This document shows positions 9,713-18,553 of a stretch of 64,000 nt of DNA, in pieces. The notes beneath the pieces are model-generated. The model was not told the DNA's origin, ran no database searches, and saw only the letters and a program-made list of their open reading frames with translations. The position numbers and the translations under genes are program-made. Source of the stretch: Bacillota bacterium (GTDB lineage Bacteria > Bacillota > Dehalobacteriia > UBA4068 > UBA4997). Where the stretch lies: NCBI GenBank assembly GCA_021769035.1, contig JAETTP010000001.1:35408-99407 (forward strand), given 5' to 3'. Within the stretch, counting starts at the first letter, position 1; each line of letters begins with the position of its first letter.

Positions 9713-11140
9713 ATGAAAGACAAAAAGTTAGTCAGAATCATTGGCATTGTGCTTTTTGCGGCGTTGATCATCTGGACTGTTTCCACAATCATGGGCCAGC
9801 CCGCGGCTCCGAGTGCAGACGCATTGGGCGGCGCTGACTCAGAAGCGTACAAAACCGCTAAAGCAGCCTATGATGCTGAGATCCTGCAGGGCCAGGCTTA
9901 TCTGACCTTGGGCGTTTTGGTAGTAATCGCTTACTTCTTCATCACTGAAGCATTCCCGATTGCTATCAGCGCAATGGTTATTCCTTGTTATTACTCTGCT
10001 TTCGGCTTTATGCCCTTTAAGACGGCATTCGGCGGCTTGGTTGATAGCTCGGTTATCCTGTTCGCCGGCATGTTCCTGGTTGGCGGCGCAATGTTCCAAA
10101 CCGGTTTGGCGCAGAAGATTGGTATCACCTGCGTTAAGGCGGCCGGCGGTTCCGAAACCAAATTGATCCTGTTCATCATGATCATCACCGGTATTCTGTC
10201 CGCATTCCTGTCCAACACCGGTACGGTTGCCTGCTTGCTGCCCGTTTGCTTGGGTATTGCTGATTCCCAGGGTATGAACCGCCCGAAGCTGTTGATGCCT
10301 TTGGCAATGATGGCTTCCTCCGGTGGTATGATTACCATGGCTGGTACCCCTCCGAATATGTCCGCTGCCGCTACCTTGACTAACAGCGGCATTGACATCG
10401 GCTTCTTCGATTTCGCTTGGGCTGGTATCCCGATTGCTATCCTGTCCATCATCTATATGATGTTCGTTGGCAACCGCCTGATCCCGGAGCGTCATTCCGA
10501 CGTGCAAATGGCTGACGATGAAGAGGGCAAAGTTTATGACGTTAAGAAACAGATCATTTCCGGCGTTGTGCTGGTTGCTGTGGTTGCTGTTATGGCTACC
10601 GGCGTTATCGGCTTGGAAACTGCAGCTGTTATCGGCGGCTTGATTTGCGTATTCACCGGCTGCTTGACTGAAAAAGAAGCTTACCAGTCTATCGACTGGA
10701 CCACCATCTTCCTGTTTGCCGGTGCTTTGGGCTTGGCAAACGCTATGAAGACCACTGGCGCTGGCGCTTTGTTGGCTGACAAGGTTATCGGCATGCTGGG
10801 TGGTTCTCCGAACCCCTACGTTCTGATGATCGTTCTGTTCTTGCTGGCTGGCGGCCTGACCCAGTTCATGTCCAACACCGCTGCTGCGGCTCTGCTCTGC
10901 CCCATCGGCTTGTCTATTGCTGAGGGCTTGGGCGCTGACCCGACCGGCGTTGTTTTGGCCATTGGCTTCTCCTGCTCCGCTGCTTACTGCACACCTGTAG
11001 CAACTCCTCCGAACACCATGGTTTACGGTCCTGGCGGCTTGACCTTCATGGATTACGTAAAAGTCGGCGTTCCGCTGTTCTTGCTGGTTGGCGTAGCCTG
11101 CGTAGCTATTATCCCGATTATCTGGCCTTTCTTCCCGTGA
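9713..11140 (+). CDS. SLC13/DASS-family anion:Na+ symporter
   Basis: Two FLSNT-type hairpin motifs, ~13 TM. AAAGGAGGAAC RBS before ATG 9713. Confidence 0.8.
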   Translation: MKDKKLVRIIGIVLFAALIIWTVSTIMGQPAAPSADALGGADSEAYKTAKAAYDAEILQGQAYLTLGVLVVIAYFFITEAFPIAISAMVIPCYYSAFGFMPFKTAFGGLVDSSVILFAGMFLVGGAMFQTGLAQKIGITCVKAAGGSETKLILFIMIITGILSAFLSNTGTVACLLPVCLGIADSQGMNRPKLLMPLAMMASSGGMITMAGTPPNMSAAATLTNSGIDIGFFDFAWAGIPIAILSIIYMMFVGNRLIPERHSDVQMADDEEGKVYDVKKQIISGVVLVAVVAVMATGVIGLETAAVIGGLICVFTGCLTEKEAYQSIDWTTIFLFAGALGLANAMKTTGAGALLADKVIGMLGGSPNPYVLMIVLFLLAGGLTQFMSNTAAAALLCPIGLSIAEGLGADPTGVVLAIGFSCSAAYCTPVATPPNTMVYGPGGLTFMDYVKVGVPLFLLVGVACVAIIPIIWPFFP

Positions 11141-11198
11141 TAAATGGGTGAAAAATAAAAAGTTGGTACTCCCCTGTTCATAATTCTTTAGTACTGAC

Positions 11199-11238
11199 TT
11201 AACATAAAAAGGAGCGGCTTCCTGGAGGCCGCTCCTTT
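11199..11238 (+). terminator. intrinsic terminator
   Basis: aaaaaggagcggcttcctggaggccgctccttttttat. Confidence 0.6.
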
Positions 11239-11255
11239 TTTATGATTATTAAAGC

Positions 11256-11284
11256 TTGCTATTTAGCAAAAACTATAGTATAAT
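11256..11284 (+). promoter_or_regulatory. sigma-A type promoter of peptide A mRNA
   Basis: TTGCTA-17-TATAAT. Gives a ~130-nt 5' UTR. Confidence 0.5.
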
Positions 11285-11419
11285 ATTAATTACAAAGAGT
11301 TGAAACCTTAAACAGGCGGTTAGCCCTCGGACGCAAAGCAATACATTCGTGAAAAATGTATGGTTGAACGAAAGAGGGATTGGGGCCCTCCTCACAAAAA
11401 CAACGAGGAGGTGATGTTA

Positions 11420-11503
11420 ATGAGTTTTATGGAAGTCGCAACGTTTTTATTAGTACTTATAGCGTTTGCCGATGTGATATTAACCCATTGCAAAAAGAAA
11501 TAG
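11420..11503 (+). CDS. 27-aa hydrophobic Lys-tailed peptide (MSFMEVATFLLVLIAFADVILTHCKKK), putative type I toxin
   Basis: GAGGAGG SD 7 nt before ATG. That SD is perfectly complementary to an upstream CCTCCTC (SD-sequestering hairpin). Stop lies inside the terminator hairpin shared with the convergent sRNA. Confidence 0.55.
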   Translation: MSFMEVATFLLVLIAFADVILTHCKKK

Positions 11504-11584
11504 CCGCCCAGTTTCGCAGACTCGCGGCTATTCTTTTTAGCTAGCATCTGAGGGCTGACCCAGTTTAAGGGATCGGCTCTTTGT
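11492..11584 (-). ncRNA. antisense sRNA, family 1, putative type I antitoxin
   Basis: Minus-strand TTGACA(11619-11614)-17-TATAAT(11596-11591). Terminator is the same hairpin (11499-11532) followed by U-run. Overlaps peptide A 3' end by ~45 nt. Confidence 0.5.
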
Positions 11585-11760
11585 ACTTATATTATAGCAT
11601 TTGTTTTTGTTGTTGTCAATATGCCAAAAGCGGTTGAATAGAAAGTTTATGTTGTAATTTGTTGGTAAATATGCTATAATGGGACAGAAAAGAGTTGATT
11701 CTTTGGATGGCGGCCAACCTTACTCGTAAACTTTCGTTAAGCGAGGAAGGGGGTGAGCTC

Positions 11761-11844
11761 ATGAGTTTTGTTGAAGTAATTCTTTTACTTAGCTTTCTCA
11801 TTGAGGTTGTGGATTTTGTTTACCGAATCACAACAAAAAAATAG
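11761..11844 (+). CDS. 27-aa hydrophobic peptide variant (MSFVEVILLLSFLIEVVDFVYRITTKK), putative type I toxin
   Basis: Own promoter TTGTAA(11652)-17-TATAAT(11675). [13 protein letters not shown] sequestered by upstream ccttactcg. Stop sits in the atagccg...cggctat terminator. Confidence 0.5.
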   Translation: MSFVEVILLLSFLIEVVDFVYRITTKK

Positions 11845-11930
11845 CCGACCCGACCAAAGGCTGCGGCTATTTTTTGTACAAAATAGTTGAGTTAAGGTTG
11901 ATTGCTTGAAAATGCAGTCAACTCTTTTCA
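11836..11930 (-). ncRNA. antisense sRNA, divergent body, putative antitoxin of peptide B
   Basis: Minus-strand TTGACA(11965-11960)-17-TATAAT(11942-11937). Shared bidirectional terminator with peptide B. Confidence 0.45.
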
Positions 11931-12249
11931 TCTATTATTATAGCATTTGTTTTTGTTGTTGTCAATGCCCTTTTGCCGCCCAAACTCTTTAATGCCTAAT
12001 TTTTACCTAACCGCACCAGCAATACCTTTTCTCAATCGCTAAGTGTTCATAGAGGATTACATTTGCCTAAAGTCAAATGTATGCGTGAACACTAAGCTCT
12101 TGCTACGCCTTACAGGCTAAGCACTCGCTAAGTGTTCACGCAAAAAAACAGTAGACTTTTTGAGCTTGTGGGTGTAAAATATATTTATAAAAATTGTTAA
12201 AGCTTTCAGAAATCGACTTTGCTAACTTGCTCGATTGGAGGAATCAGCG

Positions 12250-14604
12250 GTGATTAAAGATTATATCGCCCCGGCTGCGGCACAACGCAAATTAAAAAGC
12301 GCCCACACGCAAAGGCAAAACGTTTATATATACGGCGCCAGCGGCTACGGCAAAACAGAGCTTGTTCAGCAATTTTTAGCCACTCGCCCGCACAAATATT
12401 TTTCCTTCAGCGATTTGGCTGGTAATATTGACAAACTGCCTGCCAGCGACGAGGATATAACCCTGGTGCTGGACCATTTGCAGCTGCTCAGCAGTGAATT
12501 ACTGCGGGAAAAAATCTTGGATTTATGCTATCATCAAAAGGTGTGGTTAATTTTAATCAGCCGCAGCGCCCTGCCCCATTGGTTGCGCCCCAGCTATGTA
12601 AACCAGGGCTTCACCATCATCCACGAGGAGGACTTGCACCTGCGCGGTGCGGAGATGGCCGCTTATCTGCAAACCCAACAGCTATCCCTTTCCGAGGCAG
12701 AGCTGATGCACCTGGAGGGAGCCACCGACGGCAACCCCTACGCGCTACGCTATGCGACCCTGCTTTTGCAGCAAGGCCACAAAATCAACCCGGAATTTTA
12801 TTCGCAAGTTTGGGACGCTTACGCCGATTATCTGGAAAAATTTGTTTTCCCCAGCTGGGACAGCAGCCTGCTGGAATTTCTTATGCAGCTAAGCGTCACC
12901 AATGATTTTGATTTGGAGCTGGCCAAAATGATTTCCGGCAACAGCCGCGCCGCCGTCCTGCTGGAACGCGCCCTGGAAACCGACAATCTGCTGCGCCAAA
13001 AGGGCGGAGTCTACCACCTTTCACCCATCGCCCAGCAAGCCCTACGCAGTCTGAGTGAAAAAAAGCTAGGCACAGAGCGAATCATCGATTATGCCTCCCA
13101 CGCCGCCCTCTATTACGAAATGCACGAGCAATTTTTGCCCGCTCTGCGGATTTTGAACCGCTGCGGCAAGACGGAGCAAATTAAAAGCCTGCTCATTCGC
13201 AACGCCCACTTAACGCCCGGCAGCGGCTACTACTTTGAAATGCGCCATTTTTACCTACGCCTGACCCCGGAAGAAATCAACGGCAACGTGGTGCTGATGG
13301 CCGGCATGAGTATGCTTTTTTCCCTGTTGCTACAGCCGGAGGAAAGCGAAATTTGGTATAAACGCCTGCGTCAGCTGGCCGCCAGCGCCGTAAACGGCCA
13401 AAAAAGGGAAGTCCTAAGCCGTCTGGCTTATCTGGATATTTGCCTGCCCCACCGCGACAGCGCTGATTTGCTGGAAATTTTTGAACGGGTGCCTACCCTA
13501 CAGGAAAAGGGCATTACTCTGCCCGAGGTTTCCCTCACCGATAACCTGCCCAGCGTACTAAACGGAGCCAAGGATTTCTGCTGGATGACCAAACAAACCC
13601 AAAATATCTTAACCTCCCACAGTCATCTGATCGAGCAGGTTCTGGGGCCAACTGCCAAAGGCCTGGTTGAAGCCACCCTGGGCGAAACTATCTATGAAAA
13701 AGGCGGCGACACCTACGAGGTGCTGCGCCTGCTGAGCCGCTCCCGCCTGGAAAGCAACCGCGACAACAGCCTGATGCTGGCTTTTGTCACCATCGGCTTG
13801 CAAATACGTCTAAATTTGCTGCATGGCGACGTGCAGGCCGCCATAGATATTTTAAAACCCTTTGAACAACAGGTGCACGAGCAAGCCGCCAGCCACTTGT
13901 TGCCCAATATCCGCGCCCTGTACTGCCGCATTGCTCTCTATACCGGTAATAAGGCGATAATCAATCGCTGGCTCACCGAAGCGCCCACTGAAAGCAAGGA
14001 CTTCAACACCCTGGAGCGTTACCGTTATTTAACCAAGGTGCGCTGCTATATCTCCTGCGGAGATTATCTGCAAGCCCAAGCCCTGCTAGAAAAACTGCGC
14101 TACTACGCCGAGGAGTACCACCGGCCTTATATTCAAATGGAGGTTGGCCTGCTTTCTGCTATCATCAAGGAGCGATTGGACGGCGATTGGCAGGAGGAGC
14201 TGCTACGAGCCCTGCGTCTGGCCAGCAATTTCGGTTTTATCCGTCTGGTTAGCGAGGAGGGCGCGGCTATCAACCCCCTGCTGCAGGCCGCCCGCAAGGA
14301 ATGTGCGGCAGACCCGGAAATTGACCAGGACTGGCTGCGCACCTTGCTTGCCGAAACCGCCGCCGTGGCGGTGCGCTACCCGGTTTATCTGAAAAAACAG
14401 CTGGCCGAGATGCCGGATTTCAGCCCCACAGCCCTCACCATTCTGCGCTTGCAGGCCGACGGTCTTTCCGTCAACAAAATTGCCGACCAGCTGGGTATGA
14501 AAGCCGTCACCGTCAAATCCCACACCCGCGAAAATTACCGCAAGCTGGGCGTGGCCGGCAACACCGACGCCGTGCTGGCTGCCCGCAACCTGGGCCTGCT
14601 TTAA
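12250..14604 (+). CDS. LAL/MalT-type large ATP-binding LuxR-family transcriptional regulator
   Basis: N-terminal P-loop YIYGASGYGKTE. C-terminal LuxR HTH LSVNKIADQLGMKAVTVKSHTRENYRKLGV. GTG start after GGAGGA. Confidence 0.8.
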   Translation: MIKDYIAPAAAQRKLKSAHTQRQNVYIYGASGYGKTELVQQFLATRPHKYFSFSDLAGNIDKLPASDEDITLVLDHLQLLSSELLREKILDLCYHQKVWLILISRSALPHWLRPSYVNQGFTIIHEEDLHLRGAEMAAYLQTQQLSLSEAELMHLEGATDGNPYALRYATLLLQQGHKINPEFYSQVWDAYADYLEKFVFPSWDSSLLEFLMQLSVTNDFDLELAKMISGNSRAAVLLERALETDNLLRQKGGVYHLSPIAQQALRSLSEKKLGTERIIDYASHAALYYEMHEQFLPALRILNRCGKTEQIKSLLIRNAHLTPGSGYYFEMRHFYLRLTPEEINGNVVLMAGMSMLFSLLLQPEESEIWYKRLRQLAASAVNGQKREVLSRLAYLDICLPHRDSADLLEIFERVPTLQEKGITLPEVSLTDNLPSVLNGAKDFCWMTKQTQNILTSHSHLIEQVLGPTAKGLVEATLGETIYEKGGDTYEVLRLLSRSRLESNRDNSLMLAFVTIGLQIRLNLLHGDVQAAIDILKPFEQQVHEQAASHLLPNIRALYCRIALYTGNKAIINRWLTEAPTESKDFNTLERYRYLTKVRCYISCGDYLQAQALLEKLRYYAEEYHRPYIQMEVGLLSAIIKERLDGDWQEELLRALRLASNFGFIRLVSEEGAAINPLLQAARKECAADPEIDQDWLRTLLAETAAVAVRYPVYLKKQLAEMPDFSPTALTILRLQADGLSVNKIADQLGMKAVTVKSHTRENYRKLGVAGNTDAVLAARNLGLL

Positions 14605-14610
14605 TCCCTT

Positions 14611-14895
14611 TTACTTCCGCACGATATACAAATTGTGATAGCCCAAACGCCGCAAAACCTGGGCGGCCATTTGGCTGCGTCCACCCGTGCTGCAAAACAG
14701 CAGCAAAGCCTGATTTCGGCCGCCCAACCGGCCGATTTCATCGGCCAGCCGTTCCACCGGCAAGGAAACACTGCCGGCAGGGTGCCATTCCTGATATTCC
14801 TCCGGGGAGCGCACATCCAGCAGCAACGCGCCTCGCTCCTGCCGCTCCTGCGCCTGAATTAAGGTAATAAGCGGAGCCTTTGTCATCAAAATCAC
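14611..14895 (-). CDS. rhodanese-domain protein
   Basis: Active-site loop CSTGGRS. Confidence 0.75.
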   Translation of the reverse strand: MILMTKAPLITLIQAQERQERGALLLDVRSPEEYQEWHPAGSVSLPVERLADEIGRLGGRNQALLLFCSTGGRSQMAAQVLRRLGYHNLYIVRK

Positions 14896-14931
14896 CCCAA
14901 AATTTTTTCTTTATTATATGCAAAAAAACTC

Positions 14932-14960
14932 TTGACAGACCGTTATTTTATTGGTATAAT
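14932..14960 (+). promoter_or_regulatory. promoter for tRNA genes
   Basis: TTGACA-17-TATAAT about 55 nt upstream of tRNA-Thr. Confidence 0.5.
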
Positions 14961-15017
14961 CTTAGGTAGCGTTTAACGCTGATGCCGGATGCTGCGCGAA
15001 AAGGCGTCCTAAAAAAT

Positions 15018-15093
15018 GCCGGAGTAGCTCAACTGGCAGAGCAACTGATTTGTAATCAGTAGGTTGCGGGTTCAAGTCCCATCTCCGGCTCCA
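15018..15093 (+). tRNA. tRNA-Thr (anticodon TGT)
   Basis: GCCGGAGTAGCTCAACTGG...GGTTCAAGTCC cloverleaf. Anticodon loop ttTGTaa. CCA encoded. Confidence 0.85.
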
Positions 15094-15098
15094 GACTT

Positions 15099-15173
15099 GG
15101 AGGGGTTCCCGAGTGGCCAAAGGGGGCAGACTGTAAATCTGTTGTCTACGACTTCGATGGTTCGAATCCATCT
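15099..15173 (+). tRNA. tRNA-Tyr (anticodon GTA), long variable arm
   Basis: GGAGGGGTTCCCGAGTGG...ctGTAaa...GGTTCGAATCC. Followed by hairpin terminator 15185-15228. Confidence 0.85.
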
Positions 15174-15328
15174 CCCTCCACCAAAACATTACAATCCGAA
15201 CCTAACGCCAATCGGTGATAGGTTCGGATTTTACTTTATCTGGAAAAACTGAAAATCAGGAAAATCAAAAACGGGCTTGCGGACGAAACTGCCAGTGGAT
15301 TCTGCAAGCAAAGAAAGGAGAAACTAAT

Positions 15329-15739
15329 ATGAGGATTGCAATACCCTATGAAAATGGTCAAGTGTTCCAGCATTTTGGCCACACCAAGCAAATGAAGATT
15401 TACGACGTGGCGGACGAAAAAATCATCAAAGAGCAGCTTGCCGATACCAACGGCAGCGGCCATGGCGCACTGGCGGGCTTTCTGTCCGGGCTGAAGGTGG
15501 ACGTGCTGATCTGCGGCGGAATCGGCGGCGGTGCGCAACAGGCCCTGGCCCAGGCCGGGATCAAGCTCTGCGGCGGCGTGACCGGCAGCGCTGACGACGC
15601 GGCGCGTAGCTTCCTGGCCGGAACCTTGGACTACAATGCAGACGTTCACTGCGAACATCACGATCACCACGACCACCACGGCCATTGTGGCGAGGATAAA
15701 CACGGCTGTGCCGGCAATGGAGGCGCCTGCGGTAAATAA
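15329..15739 (+). CDS. NifX/NifB-family FeMo-cofactor-like domain protein with His-rich tail
   Basis: MRIAIPYENGQVFQHFGHTKQ...VLICGGIG motif. C-terminal HHDHHDHHGH. GAAAGGAGA RBS. Confidence 0.7.
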   Translation: MRIAIPYENGQVFQHFGHTKQMKIYDVADEKIIKEQLADTNGSGHGALAGFLSGLKVDVLICGGIGGGAQQALAQAGIKLCGGVTGSADDAARSFLAGTLDYNADVHCEHHDHHDHHGHCGEDKHGCAGNGGACGK

Positions 15740-15841
15740 AAATTGTTCCCGCAAGCGTGCTATGTGAACAAGGAAGAATAACTTAATTTCAGAAAAACTG
15801 GCTGCAAGGCTTGTTTTAATCTATTACAAAGGGGGATTAAT

Positions 15842-16486
15842 ATGAAAAAGTATGTATGCAGTATCTGTGGCTACGTCTACGATGAGGCCAAAGAAGGCGT
15901 ACCTTTTGACGACCTTCCCGATGATTGGAAGTGTCCTCTGTGCGGCGCGCCAAAATCCGAATTTCAGCCAGAACGCAAAGAGGAGCCGGCTCCAAAGGTG
16001 AACGAGCTCCCCACAGAAACTGCCGATTTGCAAAAGTTATCTGCAGGGCAACTGGCAGCCGTGTGCTCCAACTTGGCCCGCGGCTGTGAAAAACAGTATA
16101 AGGAGCAGGAATCAGCCTTATTTAAGGAGCTGGCTGCTTATTTCAGCTCCATTACTCCGGCTGTGGAGGACGCAACAGTTGAAAATCTTGTCCAAATGCT
16201 ACAAAATGATGTAGACGCCTACCCCGCCGTAAGGGCGACCGTCGACGCTGCTTCTGACCGAGGAGCGGCAAGAAGCTGCGTTTGGGGTGAAAAAGTAACG
16301 AGAATGCTTTTATCTCTAGTTAAACGCTACCGAGCCGAGGGCGAGCCAATGCTGGCCGATACGGATATTTGGGTTTGCACCGCCTGCGGCTTTGTCTATA
16401 TCGGTGAACAGCCCCCGGAGCTTTGCCCGGTATGCAAGGTGCCGGCCTGGAAGTTTGAACGAGTTGAAAGGAGGGCTGCCGTATGA
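15842..16486 (+). CDS. rubredoxin-domain protein (N- and C-terminal CxxC...CxxC rubredoxin-like folds)
   Basis: CSICGYVYD...CPLCGAP at the N-terminus and CTACGFVY...CPVCKVP at the C-terminus. No rubrerythrin ExxH motifs in the middle. Confidence 0.65.
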   Translation: MKKYVCSICGYVYDEAKEGVPFDDLPDDWKCPLCGAPKSEFQPERKEEPAPKVNELPTETADLQKLSAGQLAAVCSNLARGCEKQYKEQESALFKELAAYFSSITPAVEDATVENLVQMLQNDVDAYPAVRATVDAASDRGAARSCVWGEKVTRMLLSLVKRYRAEGEPMLADTDIWVCTACGFVYIGEQPPELCPVCKVPAWKFERVERRAAV

Positions 16487-16989
16487 AAAAGATAGCGGTT
16501 CGCAACATCCGTCTTTGCACAAAGGATTGCCTTTGCTTGTATGTCTGCCCCACAGGCGCAACCGACACAGAGAACAGCATAATTGACGCCGGCAAATGTA
16601 TTGGTTGCGGCATATGCGCGGCCTCCTGCCCCAGCGGTGCGATCAGTATGGTGCCGGTGGAGCTTCCTCCTCAGCAGAAAAAAGCCAATGAGGTGGTTTC
16701 TGTTATGCACTCCCTTGCAGAAAGCAAAGCCAACCAGGAAAAAATGGCTATGCAAATTGCTGAGGAAACAAAAAATGACGGGCTTTACCGCTTGATGCTG
16801 GCCGTGGCTAAATCGGAGCGGCTAGTGGCTGAGGATATTCTGCGAGAGTCCGGTTATATGCTCCCTCAGAGTGGTATCGTACATGAGCTTTTGCAGGAAC
16901 TGATAGAAAACCCGCCGACGAAGGCTTTTCCGACGGAAGCGGCCAAAGAATTATTAAAACGTATTCCAAATAATGAACAGAGCGAGTAA
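16483..16989 (+). CDS. 4Fe-4S ferredoxin-domain protein
   Basis: [12 protein letters not shown] cluster motif plus second Cys cluster. Confidence 0.7.
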   Translation: MKKIAVRNIRLCTKDCLCLYVCPTGATDTENSIIDAGKCIGCGICAASCPSGAISMVPVELPPQQKKANEVVSVMHSLAESKANQEKMAMQIAEETKNDGLYRLMLAVAKSERLVAEDILRESGYMLPQSGIVHELLQELIENPPTKAFPTEAAKELLKRIPNNEQSE

Positions 16990-17037
16990 CAAAAATTGTT
17001 GCTAAAGCCAAAGACGCTGAATCAGCTGGAGGGCTGA

Positions 17038-17697
17038 ATGGAATTTCAAAGCTATTTTCCGATATGGGATAAATTATCACCAGCTCAGCAAAGCCGCATT
17101 TTGGACAACCTGGTTTTACGAAAACTGGAAAAAGGGACGGTGGTCCACAATGGCAGTATGGATTGTAACGGACTGCTGTTAGTGAACTCCGGCCAGCTCC
17201 GGGCCTATATTCTGTCAGACGAGGGGCGCGAGATCACGATTTATCGCCTATTTGACCGGGATATTTGTCTGTTCTCCGCCTCCTGTATGCTGCGAAGCGC
17301 CCAGTTTAACATTACCATCGAAGCGGAAAAGGACACCAGCCTTTGGCTTATCCCGGTGAAGGTGTACCGGCATATTATGGATGAATCCGCTCCGCTCGCC
17401 AACTACACCAACGAGATTATGGCCGCCCGCTTTTCAGAAGTCATCTGGCTGATAGAGCAGGTTATGTGGCAGAGTATGGACAAGCGCGTCGCCACCTTTT
17501 TGCTGGAGGAATCCGCCATTGAGAGCTCGGCGCGGCTGTCCATCACCCACGAGATCATCGCCAACCATTTGGGAACCCACCGAGAAGTGATTACCCGAAT
17601 GCTTCGTTATTTGCAAAGTGAAGGAATGGTCAAGCTCTCCAGGGGAGTTGTGGAACTCCTGGACGAAAAAAGGCTGGCCGCTCTGCGGGATATGTAG
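17038..17697 (+). CDS. Crp/Fnr-family transcriptional regulator
   Basis: cNMP-binding-like N-domain. C-terminal HTH ITHEIIANHLGTHREVITRMLRYLQSEGMV. Confidence 0.8.
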   Translation: MEFQSYFPIWDKLSPAQQSRILDNLVLRKLEKGTVVHNGSMDCNGLLLVNSGQLRAYILSDEGREITIYRLFDRDICLFSASCMLRSAQFNITIEAEKDTSLWLIPVKVYRHIMDESAPLANYTNEIMAARFSEVIWLIEQVMWQSMDKRVATFLLEESAIESSARLSITHEIIANHLGTHREVITRMLRYLQSEGMVKLSRGVVELLDEKRLAALRDM

Positions 17698-17702
17698 TAA
17701 AT

Positions 17703-17750
17703 ACCCCTCCTCAACTCCGTCGGAGTTTGAGAAGGGGTATTTTCTGCTTA
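17703..17750. terminator. bidirectional terminator
   Basis: aatacccctcctcaactccgtcggagtttgagaaggggtatttt between convergent crp-like and trx genes. Confidence 0.55.
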
Positions 17751-17836
17751 CGGATTTCAGCGTTCATCTTTTCCTGTGTAAACGGCAATGCCGCCAATAT
17801 TTTTGGCGTTGGTATAACCCAACCGGGCCAGCGGCC

Positions 17837-18142
17837 TCACAGCATAGCCAGGATTTGAGCCTTCGGCCGCGCCCCCAGCGCCTGATTAAGCACCTTGCCC
17901 TCCCTCATCAACACCAGGGTGGGTATGCTCATAACGCCAAACTGACCGGCCAGCTCCGGCTGCTCGTCCACGTTGACCTTGCAAATTTTGACGTCGCTGC
18001 GCTCCTGGGCAATCTCTTCCAGAATAGGCCCCACCATTTGGCAAGGGCCGCACCAAGGAGCCCAAAAATCCAGCAAAACAGGGGTCTCGGCTTGCATTAC
18101 TTCGGCATAAAAATTTTGTTGAGTGATATTTGTGATAGACAT
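17837..18142 (-). CDS. trxA: thioredoxin
   Basis: WAPWCGPCQM active site. 101 aa. GGAGG RBS. Confidence 0.85.
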   Translation of the reverse strand: MSITNITQQNFYAEVMQAETPVLLDFWAPWCGPCQMVGPILEEIAQERSDVKICKVNVDEQPELAGQFGVMSIPTLVLMREGKVLNQALGARPKAQILAML

Positions 18143-18553
18143 AATTCAAACCTCCGTTATCTCTTTATGGTTCCATTATACCCGAAATTTTCTTTTGCTT
18201 CCGTGATTTTGTTACATTATGAAAAAAGGGCTTGACAAATCTACGCCAGTATGCTAAAATAAATAACGTAAAAATTATATAGCTTGAAATACAAGCAGAT
18301 GTTTTAATATCGAAAAGGACTAGGTATCTCTATAGGAGATAGTCTACCCTTTTGCAGGTATTAGAGCATCGGCTTTTTTGTTGTGCCGATTTCAGTTCTT
18401 TGACAGTTTAATCGCAAGCTCACCGACGGACAACCGGCTATGTATGCCACGACCTGCCAAAGGCAGCGAGCGTGCCAAGGTTGGGTGAGGCTTGCAACCC
18501 AAAACTTTAATTCAATCGACTTTTATTTAATTTAAGAAAGAGAGGCACAAATT

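Noticed and set aside
9839-10507. 222-aa and 153-aa minus-strand ORFs
   Set aside because: Antisense to the well-supported SLC13 gene.
12000-12230. Possible additional toxin locus upstream of the LAL regulator
   Set aside because: The CGCTAAGTG hairpin motif is present but there is no SD or ORF and no convergent promoter. Treated as a relic or regulatory element only.
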